NCBI GenBank assembly: GCA_951406725.2
Contig: OX597819.1
Location: 94,922,001 to 94,986,000 of the forward strand
DNA: 64,000 nucleotides
Direction: 5' to 3'
Origin: Octopus vulgaris
Taxonomy: Eukaryota
The translations under genes and the position numbers were made by a program. The notes beneath the pieces are model-generated. The model ran no database searches and was not told the DNA's origin. It saw only the letters and a program-made list of their open reading frames with translations. This document shows positions 1 to 14,214 of this stretch, piece after piece (the stretch's first letter is position 1; every line of letters starts with the position of its first letter).

Positions 1-3000
1 GAAAGTTATAAAAGTGAACCAAAAAAAAATGACATTCAAAGAATTTTTCTATATGAATAATTCTACAATTTGGTAAACAAATCAAAATATTCATAATGAG
101 AATATTAGGAGTGAGATATTTTTTAGTGCGTAGAATGGTTCACAACCTGTCATGCTGCTCTGCCCAGTAGCAGCTCTCAACATGAACTTTGTCCATTAGA
201 GTTAGGAATCAAGGACACTCTGGCAGCACGCTTGTGGCCGGTTGTATAGGCTACATGGAAGATTGCAAACAATTAGCAAACCCCAGCCCCTCAGCGTCAG
301 AAACAAATATATATGTAAAAAAAATATTGTTAAAAAAATAAACAACAATGAACATAACATAAAAATATATATATATATATATTTTATATATATATATATA
401 TACATACACACACACACATATATATATAAATATATATATGTACATACATATATATATATATATACATATATCACAGTTCTTATAGCATAGAGAAATACAG
501 ATAAGCAGGATTTTCAAAACACCCACAGATTAAATGTATTTTTATCAGATTCAAGAGGAAATGATAAGAATCACTATAGAAAAATGATCAAAATAGGAAA
601 TGTAGAGTATTTAAAACCTGCTTTCCGTACTATTCCATGCTTTTTGAGGTTTGAAGAACAAAAAATGTTTTTCTTACAGTACCTCCAGTTAGAATTGGAA
701 TCCCATGTCCTGCATGAAGCTTCATTTAAACTCAACCTCCTCAGAGCAATGAAGTTTATGGTAATTTGTTCGAATGGAAGCTTTTCAAAGCAAGAGCACG
801 TCAGTTTTACCATCTATTTTCTCATCTGCCATTTTTGAGTGGAATTATATGGGTAAGGGATTTTGGGGTGTTTTCAGAGCATAGCATAACTTATATATTT
901 AAGAAAACAGCAATAACTGAGTCCATCATTTAAATTCTACTTCTCTCATCTCTGGCTTATTTCATTTTATACAGTATAGACAAGTAATTTCTAAATTTTC
1001 CACAAGCCATAGTTCCTGGCCAATAAGTATAATATAAACCTTACTTTTGATTACATAACTTCAATAAATAGAAAACTGATATGGTATCAAACCTTTAGAC
1101 ATGTGCATCATTTGTAAAATATAGAAGCATTTGGAAATATTGCAGTTAAATACAGTAGAAATGCACCACTTCTCTTAACACAAAATAAATGAATAAATGC
1201 TCAGGCATATCAACATGCAGAAGATACTTGGGATATGATTCCATATTTCTGAACATAAGAAATACCTAGTCTATCTTCTGAAATTTTTAACTAATTACTA
1301 AATACTGAATCACTGTCTCAGTCATAACAGATCAAAAGACAAGATCAATACTATCCAATAGCATAGAAAAGCAATATGTTTAAAACCCATTGAGGTGCTC
1401 TTAGAGTAAAGTTAGTCCTTTGCTTTGTTTATACAAGATTAGTAAGCAGTGAGTAATCTTTTGGAAATAATTCTGAGTAGCTTGAAGTATGTTTTAGAGA
1501 TTAACAACATAGAGAAGCAAAGACAAAAAGTTTACAGAAGAGCATGTATAAACTGGCAATTCCAGAGGAGTAAAAGTTATTTATAAATGTAAAGTGCCGA
1601 GACAGTTACAATATTTGAGCCAAATATTGAAAGACAGTGGTGAAAATTTCATCTAAATCTGTAATATAGAACATAAAGTTAACAATAGTAAAAGTTTGTA
1701 GAAGTTTTTCACTATTTTCATATTCACACTGCCAAGTGGTATGCATAACTTGGTATCATGTTGAATCAAATCACAAGTAACATTTAATTTATTTTAAAAG
1801 AGATAAAGCGACCTAGTGTAAAAAAAAATAGTTGAACCTCCAGGAACAGGAGAGTGATTCAGTCAAAAGTAAAGGATGTAATTTTAAAATATGCTCTGCT
1901 CCGAAAACAAAATACTACAATTTTGAGTCTTGAACAAGTAAATTTCAATTTGTAATTCAACAATCAAAATTGTTAAATCATTTTTACTTTAACCAAATAT
2001 ACTCACAGTTCACCTGTGATAAAATTTCAAACTATCAAAACACTATGATTTTAGAAAGTCATTAGAATAACTATATCAGTGAAGAGAACTTGAAGGAGTC
2101 AAAATAGTTTATGTGGGAATAAGCAGCAACACATTTTTCAGTTACATATTTAGAAATCTCTCTGCATACATAAAGACAGACATAGCTAGTAATATGTGTA
2201 TAAATATATGTGTGTGTATATATATATATATACATACACATATATATATATACATATATATATACATACACATACATACATGTGTAAATACACACAACAT
2301 GCTATATACTTGTAGACATGTGTATTTAAATATAAATAATTGTATGTATTATGTACATGTGCATGTCTGTCTATGTATGTGTGTGTGTGTGTATGCATGT
2401 GTACTGTATGTATATGAGTGTGTGCATGTGTATTTATATCTATAAAGCAACATGAGTTAACTTATGTGGGCTACCATCACTTTTGTGATCTGTATCTTCA
2501 GGACTTGTTTATCTCCACATAGTATAGAAAAACATGAGAATTATTTTATCTTTACAACATTCTATTTCCATCAAAGTGAAAAACTTATCCTCAGCAATAG
2601 CAAGTGTTTACCCTTAATTCTAATATTGTAGCCACTGAAAAAACAGACACAATATAATTGCTTGCAAATTTTTAAAGAAACAAAAGGAGTTAAATGTGAT
2701 TAAGGGAACTTAACCTTTGTCAATGAAGTGGAATAATAGGGATAGAGGTAGAAAATGGTTAGTAAACTAAAAACGAAAGTAGAAATATTCTAGTCAGGTG
2801 AGGTTGGTGTTTTCTAGATGTGTAATGTGCTTTTTCAAATGTCTACATTTCCCAAATACCTTTGATCTAGAGCTTAAACACAAGTTTTGTATATGAAGGG
2901 TTTTGAGAATTTCATGCAACTAGAACCACATACATGTACAGAAACCTGATATTCCTTCACCTGAAACTACTTTAGATGACTTCACAACCTGAGAACATCA

Positions 3001-4251
3001 CCATCCAAAATGGTCTTGAAGCCATCTAATGAGGTCTCCATTCAGAAGGCTGTAACTTTAAATACTTGTGGTCTCAAACAGATACAATTGATCAATAAAG
3101 GAAAGAGTTTGATGAATGGAAGCCATGGTCATATTATGTGTACTACCTCATGTCTGCTAATTGGCATGTGTTGTAAGAGAGCCAAGTAAATCATGTCTTT
3201 GCTCTCCGATGTTTAGATGCCAAAAGAGGAAGTTGCAAGGCCTTGTGTCAGAATCTCACAGCTGCTTGCACCATCTAGCATTTAAACCCGCTGTCAAGGT
3301 AGGTAACTGCATCTACACTACCTTTTCTCCTGTCTCTTTCAACTTTTCTCCTAACATTAATCACATTATTTTCATCTTTTTTTCTTTTCTATACCAGTCA
3401 TCCTCTTCTTCCACAGTGACAGACAAAGGGTATTCTCCTTCAATCACATTTAACATCTTCATTTTACTTCAAGTTCAAACAAGTAGAATCATTTTTTGTT
3501 TCCTAGTGACAGCAAATACCACAATTAAAGGAAATAACTTGCTTCTTCTGAGGATGAGATGTTCAGCTTGATACAGGTGAAAATTTTTTTAAAAATGAGA
3601 GAAAAAAAAACATTTCTCCAAAAGATATCGCATACTTTTTATATTATGTGGAAATAAACAGGGCTAAAATTCCAGAACTACAAAACCATTGGTGGCTGAA
3701 AAAACATGCTAATTTGTATTACTTTATAAATAAAAACACAGTACTTTTTGAATAGTGTTATGTATTTTTTAAATATGGCATAGTATATATATATACATGC
3801 GTGCACACACACACACACACACACTTATATGCATATATGTTTGTGGTGTGTGAGTGTATGTGTATGTGTATATATGTGTGCGCACATGAGTGTGCATATC
3901 ATATTTAATGTATATAAACTGTTGAAAAGTATGATGCTCTGGTAATGTTTTTGTCTGGGAGAAAATGTCTTCATAAACATGTGTTAAAAACATCAGAATG
4001 AAGAGAACATCATAGCAGCAGGGACTCATTAGAACAATAGATGTATTTCACTCAAGTTCAAGTTTATTAATGCTGTAGACCCATTTGTCATTTGCTAAGA
4101 TAAAATTCATGCTTTGATATATAGGAAACTGAATAAACCTAAACTAGTATAGTGGAAAGCTTACTGGGCTGCAAAAAGCTCAATGAAACAGCATTAAATT
4201 ACATTCACCAACTGTGAATAAGACTAAATGTATATATCCTGCTGAAGGACA

Positions 4252-4319
<68 letters not shown>

Positions 4320-4351
4320 TAATATGTAATAAAACCAAGTAATGATATTTT

Positions 4352-4443
4352 GAATGCGTTTAATACATATGTTTCAGATCATTGCACTATAGACAAAAAA
4401 GGAAATTCATCTTATGCAAGATCTTCCTCAGTTAAGACACTTC
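4352..4443 (-). ncRNA. Type I hammerhead ribozyme, intact core
   Basis: Minus strand reads TTAA-CTGAGGA-AGATCTTGCA...TGCAATGATCT-GAAA-CATATG-TA-TTAA. All core nucleotides are present, stems I and II pair, stem III is palindromic, and the cleavage triplet is GUA. Confidence 0.8.
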
Positions 4444-4486
4444 AAAACATTAGTTGTGTGTGTGTGTGTGTATACATATGTATATA

Positions 4487-5134
4487 TAGTATCTCACAGA
4501 AGTATGTACACCCCTAAAAAATGGATTCAAGGCTTTATTGTGACATATTGCAGAAAACAATGTTGAAAAGCATCAAGGAACTAGGAAGACATATCATATT
4601 CCAACATGATAATGACCCTGAACACACTTCAAAGATGACAACTAAGTTTTTATCAGATAAAGAAGTAAAGGTATTGCCTTGACCTACCATGTCACCTGAT
4701 TTAAGTCCAACAGAACATCTGTTGGGTGTTTTGAAAAGAAAGATTGAGGAGAAAAAAACCCCCACAATGTAACACAGTTGAAAGTTGAAAGACAGTTGAA
4801 AGACATCATTCAGGATGAATGGAGGTTAATTTCATTGGTTATATGCAGAAATTTAGTTGACTCTATACCCAGAAGACTTAATGCAGTCATTTGAAAGCAA
4901 GGGTGGTCATACCAAATATTGAATATAACAAAATCTTTTAAGGTGTACATATTTTTGTATCATTTGAAAACTAATATTTGAAAATGTTTCTTGTTTTCTA
5001 TTCCAAATTTGTAAAATGTTTGCTTGTATAATAGATTTTATTCAGTATAAATTTCATTTGATTTCTTTTGATATTATCAGAGTAATGGCAATTTTACTGA
5101 AAATGTTTAGGGGTGTACATACTTCTGTGAGACA

Positions 5135-5137
<3 letters not shown>
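4487..5137 (+). mobile_element. Internally deleted Tc1-family (DD34E) transposon
   Basis: TIRs AGTATCTCACAGAAGTATGTACACCCCTAAA / TTTAGGGGTGTACATACTTCTGTGAGACACTG with TA flanks. Encodes FQHDNDPEH...VLP*PTMSPDLSPTEHL, with 34 residues between D and E. Confidence 0.9.
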
Positions 5138-5187
<50 letters not shown>

Positions 5188-6392
5188 TATATATGTGTGT
5201 GTATATAAACATACACACACACTTTATTTGTGGGTTAACAAGGCAACCAATGGTTTCAAGTGAAGAGATCTTCACAATTATTCAAGCATGCCACATGGAT
5301 GTGTTGGTACTTATCAACATTTTGGATGAAATCATTGGATGCCTTGATAACCCACAAATAAAGAATATTTATCCACCAATGCAGTGTTGAGCACTCATTC
5401 TAACTGTTCAATGCACAAATATAAGTGTTTATATATATATATATATAACGTATGCATACATATATATGTATATATGAAAATGTGCGTGTGTATATATATA
5501 TATATATATGTTCCAAGTGAAGAGTAAATTATATGATGCTTGTATGCAAAGTGCAGTGCTACAAATTAGTGAGATGTGAGCCCTGAATGTAGAGGATTTG
5601 CAAAGGCTAGAAAGAAATGAGATGAGCATACTCTGCTGGATGTGTAATATCAGCATACATGAACAATGTGGTACAAATGACCTGAGAGGAAAGCTGAGAA
5701 TAAGGGGAAACAGCTGTAGTTTGCAAGAGGGATAACTCTGTTTGCATGAATATGTGATGCATATGGATGATGACATAGGATGGTACTTGTGAAAGAGGAA
5801 ACCTAAAAAGACATGGGAAAACTGATCTTAAGATACAGAACCTTGTAAAGGAGCTGACAAAGGACCACAATGATTGGCAAAATGTATTGGAGAAACCCAC
5901 TCTTTTGAGAAAGCATGACAAAGGAAACATTACCAAATAGAGTGGTAGTGGTACTCTGTCTATACTAAACCATTGTTTGTTACTGTTTTCTATTGTCTTG
6001 AGTTATTTCTACTGTATTCATCTACTGCTCCCCACCTCTATCACTGTCTTCTTTTCCCAGCTATGTGGATCTGTTATGAGACTTCAGAGTCATAAGGCCA
6101 AAGCATAACTCAGTTTTCATGCTATAGAAGTTACTGAGATTACAACACTCCCTGTGAATAGGATGCTAGTCAGCTGCAGAGTAAATTTTCCAGCTATTGC
6201 TGGAAATCCTTTACAGCTGAGTGAATTGGAGCAATGTGAAGTGATGTGTTTTGCTGAGCAATTCAAACTATAATAAGTGCAACACCCTGATCAATAGCCC
6301 GTGTGTGTGCGCGCATGTGCACACACACATAGATGAGTACATTAATGTATGCATAAATATGTGAGCGCACTTCAGTTAGATAAGTATGTACA

Positions 6393-6423
<31 letters not shown>

Positions 6424-6522
6424 ATTTCAGCAAAATTTAGATTCAGATGAATATGGTACTTAAGTTAAAGGCACCAGAATTTTGTATGGTATTATCCATA
6501 TAAATCAAATGAGGTGATTATA

Positions 6523-6696
6523 ATCAAAATAAGCAACAAGTATATCCAAGGTAGAGTAGTACAATTGTTTCATGCTACTTCATTTTATTAAACACTGTAA
6601 GTATTACACACTGATGTAATGCTTACATTGTTTAATAAAATGAAGTAGCATGAAACAATTGTACTACTCTATCTTGGATATACTTGTTGCTTATTT

Positions 6697-6700
<4 letters not shown>
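6523..6700. repeat. Near-perfect inverted repeat (86-nt arms, 6-nt loop)
   Basis: 6523-6608 is the reverse complement of 6615-6700 with about 4 mismatches. It sits in a cassette bounded by (TA)n. Confidence 0.9.
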
Positions 6701-6752
<52 letters not shown>

Positions 6753-7050
6753 ACACACACACACACACATACATACACATATGAACATGTCTATATGTAC
6801 ATTTATACATGTAAGGCAATTTATAACTTTTTTATAACTGTAAAGCTATGAAGGTGGCTCAAGGTTTGATAATTTTTTTTCAAGATTTGTACAATGCACA
6901 AAACTCTCAGACTCCAAAGAAACTATGTCTGGCCACTTTAGAGTAAAGAAATCAAAGATAAATTTGTCAGTCAATAAACATTTAATCCATAACTGTTAAT
7001 CCCACAAAATGTATTTGTTTGAACTAATGAGTAAGAATTAAATGCTTATA

Positions 7051-7110
<60 letters not shown>

Positions 7111-7123
7111 TCTACCTACCTAC

Positions 7124-7171
<48 letters not shown>

Positions 7172-8010
7172 ATGTATGCTTGTGTGTGTGTATATATATA
7201 CATACACACACACACACACACATATACATACATACATATATGCAAAGACACAATTTGTAAGTTTGTGCTGTATATCAAAGTGTCCTCAGTACAACAGTAG
7301 AGTGCATATGCAATGTTTATTGATGGTCATTATCTCTATCCATTGTATATGTGTGTGTGTGTGTCTGCATTATATATATAGTATATAATATGTATATACA
7401 TGTGTACATTATAACAATAATAATTATATATACATATTAAGGAATGCAAGTATACAGAAACAGAAATTAAGCAAACGTATTTGCATATTAGCATATACGA
7501 ACATATAGGCATGTACATATTTGTGTACATAGAATTGTGTGTGTGTGTGTGTTAGCATGCCATGTATGCAGAGAGTGAAAATGGAGGAATAGATGCATAG
7601 ATATATAGAGTAAAAGCACTGATCAATATGCTAATAAATCAGATAACACAGAAATGTGGGAATTTTATACAGAGAAATGTGAGACAAAGCAGCAAACCAA
7701 ATGGCAGTACAATGCTGTGTCCATGCTATAAGTTATGTCAACTAAGCAGTAGTTCTGTATGCACCCCACCACAAATATATGTATAATACATACACACACA
7801 CACACACCCATATATGTGTGTATATATATATGTATGTATATATCTCTATATATATATATATACATATATATACATACACACACACACATATATATATATA
7901 TACACACACACACACATATATATATATATACACACACATATATATATATATGTATATGGGTATATATATATGTGTGTGTTTGTGTTTATATATATATATG
8001 TATATATGTA

Positions 8011-8265
8011 TCGTTGCTATTGTGCAAAAATGTCGTAAGCCCAAAACATTGCTTTTCTAGAAAACAAAAGAATAGTTTCACCATTCCATAGCAAAACTGC
8101 TGCACTACACTTTGACAATTTTTGATATCTTGGCATCTGAAGCAGCTGGAGATACGATAGTTTGACCAAAAGAACTGGCTATTGCAGGCAAAAATGAATA
8201 TTGGAAAAGAAAAACCTGCATTTAACCAAATTTGGACATACGACAGTTTAATATAATAACAACGA
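8011..8265. mobile_element. TA-flanked MITE
   Basis: Imperfect TIRs of about 35 nt (TCGTTGCTATTGTGCAAAAATGTCGTAAGCCCAAA / TTTGGACATACGACAGTTTAATATAATAACAACGA) with TA on both sides. Confidence 0.65.
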
Positions 8266-8407
8266 TATATATATATACATATATATACCTATATATGCAT
8301 ATATAGATATATATATGTATATATATATATATACATATATATGTATGTGTGTGTGTGTGTGTGTGTGTATGCATATATATATATATATACATATATATGC
8401 ATATATA

Positions 8408-8449
<42 letters not shown>

Positions 8450-8450
8450 G

Positions 8451-8485
<35 letters not shown>

Positions 8486-8680
8486 TTGAATAAAGTTAAA
8501 ACATGGTCTGGTCTTCACATTTCTTTTTATGCTATTTTAAAAAAATATAAAGTTTTTTACAATGTTGAAGTATGTTAAACATTAAAAAGAATATTTTTTA
8601 ATGTTCATAAAGTTCAATTAGCGCTTTCATATGTTCGTAGTGATCATCAGATATTAAAATGTATTTAATTGACAGTTGAG

Positions 8681-8994
8681 GGCACACATACCAGAGACGT
8701 AACCCACTCCTCCCACTTTATCTTATTTTTTTTACAGAAATCCATGTTTACAACAATTTTTTTTTCAGAATCATAATCTCCATATTTTTCTACATATTTC
8801 ACCAAAAAAATTCTGATAAAAGTGAAAAATGAAGAAATGGCGGAGGTGGAAATTGAAATTTTGAAGTTGCAAGTTTTGTCAATTTTTTCCAGAATTGGAA
8901 TCGTCGTAGCCGAAAACGTGGGTTTCCATATAAAATTAAATAAATAAATAAAATAAAGTGGGGGTGAGTGGGTTACATCTCTGCAATCTGCACC
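8681..8994. mobile_element. MITE with GG-terminated TIRs and 8-bp TSD (Merlin-like)
   Basis: CAGTTGAG is duplicated at 8673-8680 and 8995-9002. Imperfect TIRs GG..CAGAGAYGTAACCCACTC..CCCACTTTAT. The empty site is visible in the mirror arm near 10185-10192. Confidence 0.8.
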
Positions 8995-10210
8995 CAGTTG
9001 AGTTCTTGACAACTGTAGTAAAACAACTGTCTTCCTCCTTTTTGTACCTCTTAGAAGGCTCCAACAAGCTGAATTTTTGGAATATGGTTTTGACCAATCT
9101 ACATGCAGCTTAAATGTCACAGTTTGCCAGGCGTACTGATATTACTGGCATAGATCCTGCCTGCATTTTAACCAATTAGCTTGCAGTTTACATGTAATGG
9201 TTTTATGAGTGAGCAAACATTTTTAACATCATCAAAACAAATTTGCCAACATGAAAGAAAGTGAAAAATTAAAATAAACACAATAATTAACCAAACACTT
9301 ATCTTAAGCAAAAGGCAACCACATAACCTAAAGAAACTAGCAAAAGGCAACAATGTAATCTAAAGAAACTATTAACAAAGGAAAAATTCAACATGAACAA
9401 ACAGGATAAAACATTCACAGTATCCAAGTGTAATGATAACAGATGTGGAATGTGTCAATAAATGCATACTGGTAGATCCATTAGAACAAAAAATGGACAA
9501 ATTTTCGCAAATGCTGATATGAACTGCAAAAGCAGATATTTGATCTACTTCATTAAATGCCCAAATTGCAAGGAACTATATATTGGCAAGACAGGGAATG
9601 CATTATCGGAACGCTTATGAGTCCACAGACAACAAATCTGGAACACTAATGTTCGCCAAATTCGATTGAGTGAACATATAGTAACGTGGTCAGAAAATGT
9701 TTCTGTCCAACCCATGCCAACATGGAAAGCGGACGTTAAACAATGATGATGATGATGATGATGATGACAAACTACATGACACAAGTGAAGTTGGGAGAAA
9801 GATAAAGCAAAAATGTTTTCTTAAAATGTTCAAGGCTGTTCTGAATGGAAATAACAACAATATAACAACCACTTAATGATGTGGATTTTAAAAAATCTTT
9901 AACATATGAATATAAAGAAATTACAGAAGACCCTCACCAACTGAAATAAAAATGATTGAAACCAACTAAGTTTGCTGACTCATAAAAACCATTACAAGTA
10001 AACTGCAAGCTCGTTGGTTAAAATAAAGGCAGGAACTATGCCAGTAATATCGGTATGCCTGGCGAACAGTGACATTTAAATTGCATGTGGATTGGTCAAA
10101 ACTGTATTCCAAAATTTGGCTTGTTGAAGCCTTCTAAGAGGTACAAAAAGGAAGAAATCAGTCATTTTACTACAGTTGTCAAGAACTCAACTGCCAGTTA
10201 AATACATTTT

Positions 10211-10252
10211 AACATCTGATGATTACTACGAACATATGAAAGCGCTAATTGA
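10211..10252 (+). ncRNA. Hammerhead-like motif in the Penelope pseudo-LTR (mirror copy at 8614-8655, minus strand)
   Basis: CTGATGA-15 nt-GAAA-GCGC-TA in both arms. Stems I and II are weak. Confidence 0.4.
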
Positions 10253-10406
10253 ACTTTATGAACATTACAAAACATTTTTTGTAATGTTTAGCACACTACA
10301 ACATTGTAAAAAAATTTATATTTTTTAAAAATATCATAGTAAAAAATGTGAAAACCAGACCATGTTTTAACTTTATTCAACTGATATACACATTTACATA
10401 AATTCA

Positions 10407-10449
<43 letters not shown>

Positions 10450-10708
10450 TACATATATGAATACATATATGTATATATATATATATATATCTATATATAT
10501 GCATACATATATATGAATACATACATATATACATATATATGCATATGCATGCATGTTGTCCTTAAAGAACCCTTATTTCAAGGACCTTTTGAGCAAGATG
10601 GGCTACTCGACCTGAAAAAAATTCTAACAGGGTCCCATCTGCAAAGTCATATGCTGTTTATCTTGATGTATATATATGTGTGTGTTGCGTGTTTGTATGT
10701 ATATGTGT

Positions 10709-10740
<32 letters not shown>

Positions 10741-11179
10741 CTATTTATCTATCTACACACACACACATAAAATGTACATATTGCAAGGAATGCAATGCAT
10801 ACCTAAATTACATCACTGAATGCAAAATACAATTCAGATTCTAAATCTTTCATTTTTATGAGGGACATAAAGTGAGTGTACATATGTCTATATGGACCTC
10901 ACTTCAGTTACATGGCTTTGACTTTTAACATTGCTTGCACTGGCTTAAATACTAAGCATTGCTCAAAATATATGTGTGTGTGAATTTTGTATAATCTTAT
11001 AATTTTGTATAATTACGTGCATACGAGCACAATGAAAACAAAGTAGTCAAGACAGTTACTTTGAAATGCAGACTTCATTTCCTGCTGTGTGTAACTGTAA
11101 GCTGGTGTCTTCTACTCCTGTTACAGACAAACCAATGCCTTGTGAGCAAACTGGCTTGACAGAAAGTTTAAGGAAGGTA

Positions 11180-11220
<41 letters not shown>

Positions 11221-11728
11221 TTAATGAATACAGGATTTAAATGTAAGCTACTGTTGGTTTCATACTCCAATAGTACAATAATCAGACAAGCGTGAATAAC
11301 TCACATCCTGTGTTTACTGGAAAATATTTATCTCTTACCTCTTATTGAACGGAGAACTATTTTCGTTGATCCTATCAATAATAGAACTAATAGAACAGTA
11401 CACTATGTGTGTGTGTGTGCACGCATGTGTGTGTGTGTGTGTGTGCACGCATGTGTGTGTGTGTGTGTATGTGTGCATCTGTGTGATACATGTGTGTGAG
11501 TGTGTATGTATGTATGTATAAGCTATTCAAAAAAATAAATAAATAAAAGAGAGATGAGGGCCAAAGTTCAAGAAGCAAGAAAAAGAAAATAAAGGAATGA
11601 GAATTGAAAATATTGTCTTTGAAGGGACATTTTGAAGAGTTTGCCAAAGACTGTACAAAAATATGAATATTAAGACAATATTAGCAGCAGTTGTAGTAGT
11701 AGTAGTGGCAGTAGTAATGAAAATAATG

Positions 11729-11779
<51 letters not shown>

Positions 11780-12974
11780 GTAATTACAAGAATGATATAA
11801 AAGTGTGAAAGCAGAAGTCTTATTGAAAGCTCTATTGATCCCCAAAAGCTGGTGAGTAAAATGTAAGATCAACAGTCGCTCATGCAAATAATTTGAGAAT
11901 TGGTTTTGGGAAGAATCAAAATTAAAAAAATAAAAGGTGAGTGCAATGAATAGAGAAGTGGGAGAGATAGAGGAAAAAGATGTGAATTATTACCCCAAAT
12001 TAATGGAATTCCTCGTAAAAAATCCATTTCACATTGGGGATGTCAACTAGAGCAAACAAGTGAAGAACAGAAAAATGCTAGCTAGCATGGCAGAAAGGAA
12101 CAGGATTGAAGTTTATCTTTTATATTACAAGCTCACACCATATATCTTTGTGTGTGTGTGTGTGCATGGGTATGTCTCTATCTATCTATCTATCAACATA
12201 CATACACACATACATATATATAGTTAGTTTTAATCAGCAGAAGTTACAAAGTGACTCAAGGGCTGAGAGTTTCATGCATTGTTCTCATATATTTGTATAT
12301 ATGCACACAGACAAACACACAAGAAACAGTGTGTCCAAGTGTTAGAGACAGCTATGTGTTAAGTATTCCCTCTTATCACCCTAAGGATTGATTGATTGAT
12401 TGTTTTTGTTTTTCTGTGTTCACTATTCAGTAATTCTTATGAAGATACTGTCACCAAAATTATCCATTTCTTTCAGTTTTCTACAGAGATCTACAGTTCA
12501 TTGATGAGTAATTTGTTAATTTGCTGAGCTAGGATCAAATCCTTCCATGGGCTACTGACAAGGCAGTATTATAATACGTTCAAATTTTGGTAAAAAACCA
12601 GCAGGAAAGAGTAAGGAGATTAAATCAACCCCAGTGCTCAGCTGGTAATTATCTTATTGATCCCAAAAAGATGAAAGGTAAAGTCGACCATGGCGGAATT
12701 TCAACTCAGAATATAAAGAGAGATGAAATGCTGCTAAACATTTCACCTGGTGCTAATGATTCTGCCAGCTCACTGCCTTATAATACTTGTAATATTATAA
12801 ATAGAATGTTAAATGGTTGAGTAGATATGGTGTCAGACTGTTGGCTGAAAGGTTATGGATTCAAATCCATTTGAAGGGTTTCACTGTTTCTGTGAAGAAC
12901 ACTTAATTTTCCAGTGGCTTCCTTTACCTATCACTAGAACTATAAGTATGAAATCATCAAAGAATGTTATCAAT

Positions 12975-13715
12975 TATAGCTATATTTCTGGTAAGGCAGC
13001 TGCAGGAGAAATACCTAGCCAAAGATAAATTTCTTTACTTGGCTTTTGTTGATATGGAGAAAGCCTCTGACAGGGTCCCCCGATCCCTGATCTGGTGGCC
13101 AATGAGAAAACTAGGGATAGATGAATGGTTAATGAGAGCTGTGCAAACCATGTACCTGTGGCCTATGCCAGTGGGTGTAACCAGCCCATTTATGAGTACC
13201 CCTCATTCATTGGACATTAAAGACCTGTTGAGGCAACTGAAATCAGAATCAAAATCGCTGACATGGCCAATGACAGTACCACCTGATTGGCATTTGTGCC
13301 AGTGGAACATTAAAAGCACCATCTGACCATGATCATTGCTAGGGCTGCTGATTGGCTCCTGTGCCTGTGGCACATAAAAAGCACCATTCAAGTGTGATTG
13401 TTGGCCAGTGGCATGTGAAAAATCAACATTTGAGCATGGTCGTTGCCAGTGCTGCCAGACAGTGCAAATAGCACCATTTGAGCGTGGCCGTTGCCAGAAC
13501 CGCCTCACTAGCCCTTGTGCTGGTGGCACATAAAAGCACCCACTACATTCTCAGAGTGGTTGGCATTAGGAAGGGCATCCAGCTGTAGAAACTTTGCCGG
13601 ATCAGATTGGAGACCCGTGCAGCCTTTTGGCTTGCCAGTCCTCAGTCAAGTCTTCTAACCTATGCCAGCACGGAAAGCAGAGATTAAACGACAATAATGA
13701 GGATGATGATGATGA
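12975..13715 (+). mobile_element. RTE LINE RT fragment fused to a repetitive 3' region with (GAT)n tail
   Basis: Encodes AIFLVRQLQEKYLAKDKFLYLAFVDMEKASDRVPRSLIWW.MRKLG. The 3' part resembles 24980-25560. Confidence 0.75.
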
Positions 13716-14178
13716 CTGGTATCTTATTTGGTGGAAAGATTTTTGTGTTTCATCCACTTGGTGCTACAAAACTGGAACCAAATTGGCTTTTAAAATCCCT
13801 TGAGGCCTAGGGGATATTTACATTTTTCAGAGATTTTATTAAAACCATCATAGAGTGAAGAAAGGAGACATATCAATGTATTTGAATTTATGTATTTGTA
13901 TGTATCTATATTCATAGATATTTATATTGTTGTTGTTGCTTAGTCCCTATGAAAATCTGAGTAAGGATCAATTTGATCAAGGGTATTCTTATGGTGACCA
14001 CACCATCTCCTTTTCCATGTATTCTATATTTAGGTTTACATTATCTAATATATGCTATCAGTTTTAAAACATTTTGATAGAGAGAGCTGGTTGTCATTTC
14101 CAGCAAATCAAATGACGAGTAGTCACTTTGGTAGGAAGATAAGTAGATTGGTGTGTGTATACATATACACAAATAAAC

Positions 14179-14214
<36 letters not shown>

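Larger units (their letters stand above)
8482..10384 (+). mobile_element. 5'-truncated Penelope-like retroelement (GIY-YIG endonuclease end) with inverted pseudo-LTRs
   Basis: About 9300-9850 translates to KRQPHNLKKL...KCNDNRCGMC...NCKSRYLIYFIKCPNCKELYIGKTGNALSERL*VH...LSEH...RKIKQKCFLKMFKAVLN, with stops. Arms of about 415 nt (8482-9218 minus the insert, and 9970-10384) are reverse complements. TA repeats on both flanks. Confidence 0.88.

Noticed and set aside
9620-9630. In-frame TGA in the Penelope endonuclease as possible selenocysteine
   Set aside because: It falls at an Arg-like position (CGA to TGA decay) in a copy that also has a TAA stop and insertions.
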